NCBI GenBank assembly: GCA_016183225.1
Contig: JACPEZ010000031.1
Span: 1-40,458, forward strand
Reading direction: 5' to 3'
From: Candidatus Daviesbacteria bacterium
GTDB lineage: Bacteria > Patescibacteriota > Microgenomatia > Daviesbacterales > UBA10151
DNA length: 40,458 bases
Shown here: piece after piece, positions 35,390 through 40,458 of the stretch
Layout: every line of letters begins with the position of its first letter
Position numbering within the stretch: the first letter of the stretch is position 1
The notes under the pieces: model-generated
Told to the model about the DNA's origin: nothing
The model's input: only the letters and a program-made list of their open reading frames with translations
Database searches by the model: none
Made by a program: the position numbers and the translations under genes

Positions 35390-36777
35390 AAATTTATAAT
35401 ACATTAAGTAGAAAAATTGAAGATTTTATCCCCTTGAATCCGCCCAAAGTCGGCATGTATACCTGCGGACAGACAGTTTATGACTACACACATATCGGGC
35501 ATCTTCGCAAATACACCGGTGATGATTTGTTAAGAAGGGTATTAACTACCAATGGCTTTGATGTACAACATGTACAGAATGTCACAGATGTGGGGCATTT
35601 AACTTCGGATGCCGATGAGGGCGATGACAAACTGGAAAAGGGCGCCAAAGACCGGGGAGAAACCGTCTGGGAAGTGGCCCGTTTTTTTGAAGAGTATCAC
35701 TTTAAATCATTAAACGAATTAAATATTTTAAGGCCCAATGTTGTTTGCAGGGCCACTGAACACATTGGCGAGCAAATTAAACTAATTGAGAAACTGGTTA
35801 AAAAAGGTTTTACTTATCAAACCGAAGAAGCAATATATTTTGATATTTCCAAATTTCCCGGATATGGCAAGCTGTCCGGACAAAAACTGGAGGAACAAAA
35901 AACCGGCGCCAGAAAGGAAGTGGTAGTTGATCCCAAAAAAAAACAACCGGCTGATTTTGCTTTATGGTTTTTTACTGTGGGAAAATTTGCCGGTCATACC
36001 ATGAGATGGCCCAGCCCGTGGGGAGAGGGATTTCCCGGCTGGCATATTGAATGCTCTGCCATGAGCATGGAATATTTGGGGGATTCATTTGATATCCATA
36101 CTGGAGGAGTGGATCATATCCCTGTTCATCACGAAAATGAGATTGCCCAATCAGAGGCGGTATCTGGCCAACCTTTTGTTAAATACTGGGTTCATCATGA
36201 ATTTTTGCTGGTGGAGGGCGAGAAAATGTCCAAGTCCAAGAAAAATTTTTATACTATTGATGACATTAAAACCAAGGGTTTTGATCCGCTGGCTTTGCGC
36301 TATTTATTTTTAACTGCTCATTATCGGGATAAATTAAATTTTACCTGGGAAAGTTTGGAAGCTTCACAAAATGCCCTGGATCGCTTAAGAGAAATAATTA
36401 GAGATTGGCCCTCCTACGCCGAGGCTTCGGCGGGTGAAGATGATAAATATTATCAAAAATTTATGGATGTTGTTAATAATGATTTAAATATTCCTCAGGC
36501 TTTGGCCGTCATGTGGGACATGGTAAAAAGCGATTATCCGACAAATGCTAAAGCCAAAACAATTTTGAAAATGGATAAAATTTTGGGATTGGACTTGGAA
36601 AAATATTTAGGCAAACCTATTGAGGTGCCGGAAGAAGTTATGCATTTAGTTAGAAAGAGAGAACAGGCCAGAAATACGGGAGAATTTAGCGAAGCTGATA
36701 AATTAAGAAAACAAATTAAAAAACTGGGGTATATAATCGAAGATACTCCAAAAGGATCCAAAGTTAAAAAAGACTAG
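35386..36777 (+). CDS. cysS: Cysteine--tRNA ligase
   Basis: [33 protein letters not shown]. Confidence 0.97.
   Translation: MKIYNTLSRKIEDFIPLNPPKVGMYTCGQTVYDYTHIGHLRKYTGDDLLRRVLTTNGFDVQHVQNVTDVGHLTSDADEGDDKLEKGAKDRGETVWEVARFFEEYHFKSLNELNILRPNVVCRATEHIGEQIKLIEKLVKKGFTYQTEEAIYFDISKFPGYGKLSGQKLEEQKTGARKEVVVDPKKKQPADFALWFFTVGKFAGHTMRWPSPWGEGFPGWHIECSAMSMEYLGDSFDIHTGGVDHIPVHHENEIAQSEAVSGQPFVKYWVHHEFLLVEGEKMSKSKKNFYTIDDIKTKGFDPLALRYLFLTAHYRDKLNFTWESLEASQNALDRLREIIRDWPSYAEASAGEDDKYYQKFMDVVNNDLNIPQALAVMWDMVKSDYPTNAKAKTILKMDKILGLDLEKYLGKPIEVPEEVMHLVRKREQARNTGEFSEADKLRKQIKKLGYIIEDTPKGSKVKKD
36409..36434. repeat. REP-like element CCCTCCTACGCCGAGGCTTCGGCGGG inside cysS
   Basis: GC-rich island in an AT-rich gene; inner hairpin CGCCGA-GGCT-TCGGCG; encodes PSYAEASAG; aligns with 22175-22200. 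Confidence 0.65.
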
Positions 36778-36875
36778 CGTTTAGATCTATCTACTTTACC
36801 AAAAATAGCCAGATACCAGACTATTGCGATCAGTAAAGCTAAAGTAGCAAATCCCCAGATATAATTTTCTTGCAT
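36774..36875 (-). CDS. 33-aa single-TM peptide [33 protein letters not shown] (module C)
   Basis: Hand translation; starts 2 nt after the upstream stop, with GAGGA SD-like motif. Confidence 0.7.
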   Translation of the reverse strand: MQENYIWGFATLALLIAIVWYLAIFGKVDRSKR

Positions 36876-36877
36876 TT

Positions 36878-37099
36878 CTATCGTCCTCTTTTGGATATTA
36901 TAACAGCCCCAATAAGCAATGACAACCCGCAGATTAATATCAGCAATGCAAATTCTTTAGAGAAATTCCCTTCCAGATTTAGAGCTTGTGGTACAAATAA
37001 TGCTGCGAGTCCGAATAGAATTATCGCTTGACTAATATTTGCTGTAGCCGATGCCAATAATTTCCACTGTGTTGGCGATAATTTAGGGCCCTTAATCAT
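36878..37099 (-). CDS. 73-aa two-TM protein (module C, large gene)
   Basis: LASATANIS motif, two TMs, basic tail; TGaTATATT extended -10 just upstream. Confidence 0.75.
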   Translation of the reverse strand: MIKGPKLSPTQWKLLASATANISQAIILFGLAALFVPQALNLEGNFSKEFALLILICGLSLLIGAVIISKRGR

Positions 37100-37162
37100 A
37101 TATTTAATATATCACATTACAAAATTTGCTTTGAAAAATGACATGATGTAGAATTCAATCGT

Positions 37163-37702
37163 ATGATTCAGGAAAATATTGAAGTTGTAACAGTACCGCT
37201 GGCTACTTACTCTTCAGAAGGTAAACTGTTTCCTACAGGGTCATTAAGTCAAGATTTTGTGGTAGAGTCTTGGAGATTATGGAGCCAGGTTCCTTTGTAT
37301 GGGTCAACCCCCCGTGTTTATAGGTTTGATTTTTCGGGAATTAGAGAAGTTGATCCGGGTAGTTTGACTGGTGCTTTAGGTATAGTCTTGAGCGGGCAAT
37401 GGAGAGGTGGAAGGCCTGTCCGGGCTGTTTTCGATAATTTAGCAGAAGGTATGCTTTGGACCGGATTGAATGGGGCTGTTTTCGACTACAGAGCAGTCGT
37501 GGTTGCTCGAAAACAGGGAGGAGAATGGGAGTTAGCAGGAGATTATTTAAGAATATCAGGTTGCAGAGAGATGTATGATGAACTTCAAGGACGAGATTGG
37601 GTAAATGGAGGGGGCACGGTTTTACGCCAGATGTACAATGAGGGACTTCTTTTTCGAAGAGGCCATCCGCCACATAACTACCAATATAGGACTCTTACCT
37701 AA
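37163..37702 (+). CDS. Hypothetical protein, possible STAS-like N-terminal domain
   Basis: VYRFDFSGIREVDPGSL...AVFDNL resembles a STAS fold; promoter TTGCTT(37126)-17-TAGAAT(37149). Confidence 0.6.
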   Translation: MIQENIEVVTVPLATYSSEGKLFPTGSLSQDFVVESWRLWSQVPLYGSTPRVYRFDFSGIREVDPGSLTGALGIVLSGQWRGGRPVRAVFDNLAEGMLWTGLNGAVFDYRAVVVARKQGGEWELAGDYLRISGCREMYDELQGRDWVNGGGTVLRQMYNEGLLFRRGHPPHNYQYRTLT

Positions 37703-37734
37703 TTCAGCCAATTTTTGTGATAAACTTAGAAGTT

Positions 37735-38388
37735 GTGGAAGAAATAATTACCATTGACGGGCCGACGAGTAGCGGGAAAAATTCAGTCGGCTTTTTGCTG
37801 GCCAAAAAATTAGGCTACATTTATATTGATACTGGCATGATCTACCGGGCCGGTGCTTTTAAAATACTACAGACGGGAATATCTCTGGATGATAAAGAAA
37901 AAATACTGGAGATCTACAAAAACTTGGATGTTAGATTTGAAATGAATAGAGGATGGAAAATGTTTTTGGATGGGGAAGATGTAACAGAAGCTTTGCATAC
38001 GCCGGAAATTTCCGAAGTGACTTCCAAAGTTTCTGCCATTGCCGAAGTGAGAACTATCATGAAAGGGATTCAGAGAAAGTTAGCAAACGGGGGGATAGTG
38101 ATGGGTGGAAGAGATATTGGTTCGGAAATTTTTCCCGAGTCCAAACATAAATTTTTTCTAACCGCATCAGTTGAGGTTAGGGTCAAAAGGCGATTTGAGC
38201 AACTGCAAAAAAAAGATCCGGCAGTAAAATATGAGGATGTTTTAGCAAGTATGATGGAAAGAGACAAAAGAGATTCCCAAAGAGAAGCTTCCCCCATGAG
38301 AGTTCCCAAGGGGGCAGTGATCATTGATAACTCCAATCTTACTATTGAGCAGACTGTTGATCAGATGTTAAAACATATCAATGCATAA
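37735..38388 (+). CDS. cmk: Cytidylate kinase
   Basis: ITIDGPTSSGK, YIDTGMIYRA, GRDIG, FLTAS, RDKRDSQR; GTG 37735 follows a TGaTAAACT -10. Confidence 0.95.
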   Translation: MEEIITIDGPTSSGKNSVGFLLAKKLGYIYIDTGMIYRAGAFKILQTGISLDDKEKILEIYKNLDVRFEMNRGWKMFLDGEDVTEALHTPEISEVTSKVSAIAEVRTIMKGIQRKLANGGIVMGGRDIGSEIFPESKHKFFLTASVEVRVKRRFEQLQKKDPAVKYEDVLASMMERDKRDSQREASPMRVPKGAVIIDNSNLTIEQTVDQMLKHINA

Positions 38389-39646
38389 GATTACTACATT
38401 AAAAAACGGACTGACATTAATTACCATAGATTTGCCACATCTTGATTCCGTGACTACTCTTTTGGCAGTGGGGGCAGGATCCAGATATGAAACAAAAAAT
38501 ATAAACGGCATCTCTCATTTTCTGGAACACATGTTTTTTAAAGGGTCAAGAAAATATCCCACTGCCGAGCAAATTTCCACTTTGATTGACGGAGTGGGCG
38601 CAGTCAACAATGCCGCCACCGAAAAAGAAATAACTTATTACTGGATTAAATCCGCTGCCAGACATCTTGATTTGGCTTGCGATATTCTCTCTTCCATGGT
38701 TAAAGAATCACTGCTCTCGGAAGAAGAAATCAACCGGGAAAAAGGAGTGATTATCGAGGAACTGCGGATGGTCAGAGATAATCCTCAAAGGTATGTCTGG
38801 GAACTTTATGAAAGACTGCAGTTTGGGGACCAACCATTGGGTTGGGATCTTGGAGGAGATGAAAAAACCGTTCTTGCTCTGACAAGAGATGATTTTCTAA
38901 AATATATGGATTCTCTCTATTCTCCCAAAAATATGGTTTTAGTTTATGCAGGGAAGTTGCCCAAAGATATTGAAAAAGTGGCAAGTTACTATTTTGCCGA
39001 TTTGCCAACCAGATCACAATACAAACCGGTTGGTTATAAAAAAACAAGACAGCAAAAGCCAAAAATAAACGTTTTTTTTAAAAAAACCGATCAGGCCAAT
39101 ATTGTTTTGGGGGTACAAAGTTACAGTCGATATGATCCCAAAAGATACACCGGCAATGTTTTGGCTACCATTTTGGGGGCGGGCATGTCGTCAAGACTTT
39201 TTATTCAAGTCAGGGAAAGACGGGGGCTGGCTTATAATATCAGCGCTAACTCCGGAGTTTACAGCGACACCGGCGCTTTTACGGTTTTTGCCGGGTTGAA
39301 ACTGGAAAAAGTGAAAGAGGGTTTGGAGGTTATTGCGGCCGAACTTCAAAGGATAGCTTCAGAAAAAGCGGATGATGAAGAATTGAAAAAAGCCAAAGAA
39401 ATGATCAGGGGGAGGTTGGCGCTGTGGCAGGAATCAACCAATTTTCTTGCAGAATATTTTGGGACCAATTTTGTGCTGGATAGAAAAATTGAAACCTTTG
39501 AAGAGTATTTAAAAAATATTGACGCTGTTTCGGCTGATGATGTTAAAACCCTGGCAGCAGAACTTTTTCAAAAAGAAAAATTTAATTTGCAGGTAATAGG
39601 CCCCTTTAGAAATGAAAAATTTTTTTCAAAATTTTTTTCAAAATAA
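38381..39646 (+). CDS. M16 (pitrilysin-family) zinc peptidase
   Basis: GSRYE, GISHFLEHMFFKG (HxxEH), GMSSRLF..VRE.RGLAY. Confidence 0.95.
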   Translation: MHKITTLKNGLTLITIDLPHLDSVTTLLAVGAGSRYETKNINGISHFLEHMFFKGSRKYPTAEQISTLIDGVGAVNNAATEKEITYYWIKSAARHLDLACDILSSMVKESLLSEEEINREKGVIIEELRMVRDNPQRYVWELYERLQFGDQPLGWDLGGDEKTVLALTRDDFLKYMDSLYSPKNMVLVYAGKLPKDIEKVASYYFADLPTRSQYKPVGYKKTRQQKPKINVFFKKTDQANIVLGVQSYSRYDPKRYTGNVLATILGAGMSSRLFIQVRERRGLAYNISANSGVYSDTGAFTVFAGLKLEKVKEGLEVIAAELQRIASEKADDEELKKAKEMIRGRLALWQESTNFLAEYFGTNFVLDRKIETFEEYLKNIDAVSADDVKTLAAELFQKEKFNLQVIGPFRNEKFFSKFFSK

Positions 39647-40049
39647 ATTTGGTAATAGAGGCACCTAAAAATCCCACCACCAAGCCTCCCCCAATATCAA
39701 CCGGGTAATGAACCCCCAAATAGACCCTCGATATTCCTACCCACGCCGCCAAAAAAATAAAAAGCCATGCCCATTTGGATTTGAGCAGGACATAACTAAA
39801 GAAAAAAGCTGCCATTAAAGAGGCGTGTCTGGAGGGAAAAGATGCTCCGTCGGCATAGGCCTCAAGCGGTCTTGGGGTAGTAATAAATAAATGAATAAAT
39901 TTTATTAAAATTATCACTACAGGAATCGAAAAAATGGCCAAAATCAAAGCCTTTTTTTCTCTTGTTCCGCCCTTTAGAGCCAGGGTAAACATCAAAATGA
40001 TAGTGAGGTAAATGACATATTCCGCCCCGAAAATCATCAGGTTATCCAT
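39606..40049 (-). CDS. PAP2-family phosphatase (undecaprenyl-diphosphatase-like)
   Basis: K......RP, SFPSRH, SRVYLGVHYPVD. Confidence 0.92.
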   Translation of the reverse strand: MDNLMIFGAEYVIYLTIILMFTLALKGGTREKKALILAIFSIPVVIILIKFIHLFITTPRPLEAYADGASFPSRHASLMAAFFFSYVLLKSKWAWLFIFLAAWVGISRVYLGVHYPVDIGGGLVVGFLGASITKFILKKILKKIFHF

Positions 40050-40384
40050 ATAATCGCTCCGATAGTGGCGGCAGTAGCTGCGGCTACTAAAACTGCTCCG
40101 GCCGAAATATCTTTAGCCAGTTTGGCGCCCGGATGGTTTGTTTGAATGACATGATCAACCACTGCTTCAATGGCAGTGTTGGTAAGTTCTAAGGAAATGA
40201 CAAACCCGATCAGAAAAATAATCACAATCCACTCACTCCTGGAAATTTGCAGGAAAAATGAAATTATAATAGCTACTACTCCTGCCAGAAAATGAAATTT
40301 TAAATTTGGTTCCTGCTTTAGGGCAGAAACCACTCCCGCAAAAGCATATTTAAAAGAAAGAACATGAATATTTTTAGATTCCAT
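40037..40384 (-). CDS. dgkA: Diacylglycerol/undecaprenol kinase
   Basis: SFKYAFAG, EPNLKFH, ELTNTAIEAVVD, AKDISAGAVL. Confidence 0.93.
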   Translation of the reverse strand: MESKNIHVLSFKYAFAGVVSALKQEPNLKFHFLAGVVAIIISFFLQISRSEWIVIIFLIGFVISLELTNTAIEAVVDHVIQTNHPGAKLAKDISAGAVLVAAATAATIGAIIWIT

Positions 40385-40389
40385 ATCGG

Positions 40390-40458
40390 TTACTTAAATT
40401 GCACTGACAGGGAGCTGTCAAGGATACCGGCCAGTCTTTTTAAGAATGACAAAGAGGG
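40390..40458 (-). CDS. 3' end of a probable XRE-family HTH protein (...PSLSFLKRLAGILDSSLSVQFK)
   Basis: Hand translation; PSL..L.RLA..L is typical of HTH_3 C-termini; only 22 aa visible. Confidence 0.55.
   Translation of the reverse strand, partial: PSLSFLKRLAGILDSSLSVQFK

Noticed and set aside
1315-39299. Numerous 60-145-aa ORFs antisense to or overlapping housekeeping genes (e.g. 1315-1713, 8314-8694, 21628-22038, 33544-33981, 35042-35404)
   Set aside because: Shadow frames of well-supported genes, with no motifs or expression signals
1-40458. Alternative genetic code (TGA recoding), tRNA or rRNA genes, prophage or IS elements
   Set aside because: TGA terminates many conserved genes at expected positions; no tRNA/rRNA-like segment, transposase, integrase or phage gene was recognised

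Overview
A 40.5-kb, AT-rich, gene-dense chromosomal segment in genetic code 11. Gene content and style suggest a Patescibacteria/CPR bacterium, probably Microgenomates; this is inferred from the shortened EF-Ts, trigger factor and ProRS, the membrane-anchored Clp ATPase, the PaaX/Cas2-like gene and frequent leaderless promoters. The housekeeping backbone is pyrF-pyrE-pyrC and a pyrD-like gene (minus strand), mreC-mreD-mrdA, a Clp ATPase, topA, pyrG-tmk, an ACT-less aspartate kinase, two dcd-family genes, thyA-folA, rpsB-tsf-frr-rseP, csaA-proS-tig-hit-rpsU-yqeY-ybeY-dnaX, glyA-folD-ybaB-recR, cysS, cmk, an M16 peptidase, PAP2 and dgkA. Accessory material is interspersed throughout. (i) Three PIN toxin-antitoxin pairs, two of which share their -35 box back-to-back with pyr promoters. 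(ii) Three dispersed copies of an unannotated module: a ~70-aa two-TM protein followed by 33-46-aa single-TM peptides with an RS-K/R tail (the peptides are absent from the ORF track). (iii) Four-helix-bundle genes bracketed by inverted 7-9-bp tandem repeats, plus gene-less versions of such repeats and in-frame repeat insertions in topA, dnaX and pyrC. (iv) A PaaX/Cas2-like gene flanked on both sides by the same 18-bp palindrome. (v) A Thr/Lys leader-peptide attenuator and an ultrashort-stem-I T-box with a probable Pro specifier. ybeY is broken by a 134-bp exact duplication that looks like an assembly error. No CRISPR array, tRNA, rRNA, transposase or integrase was seen.
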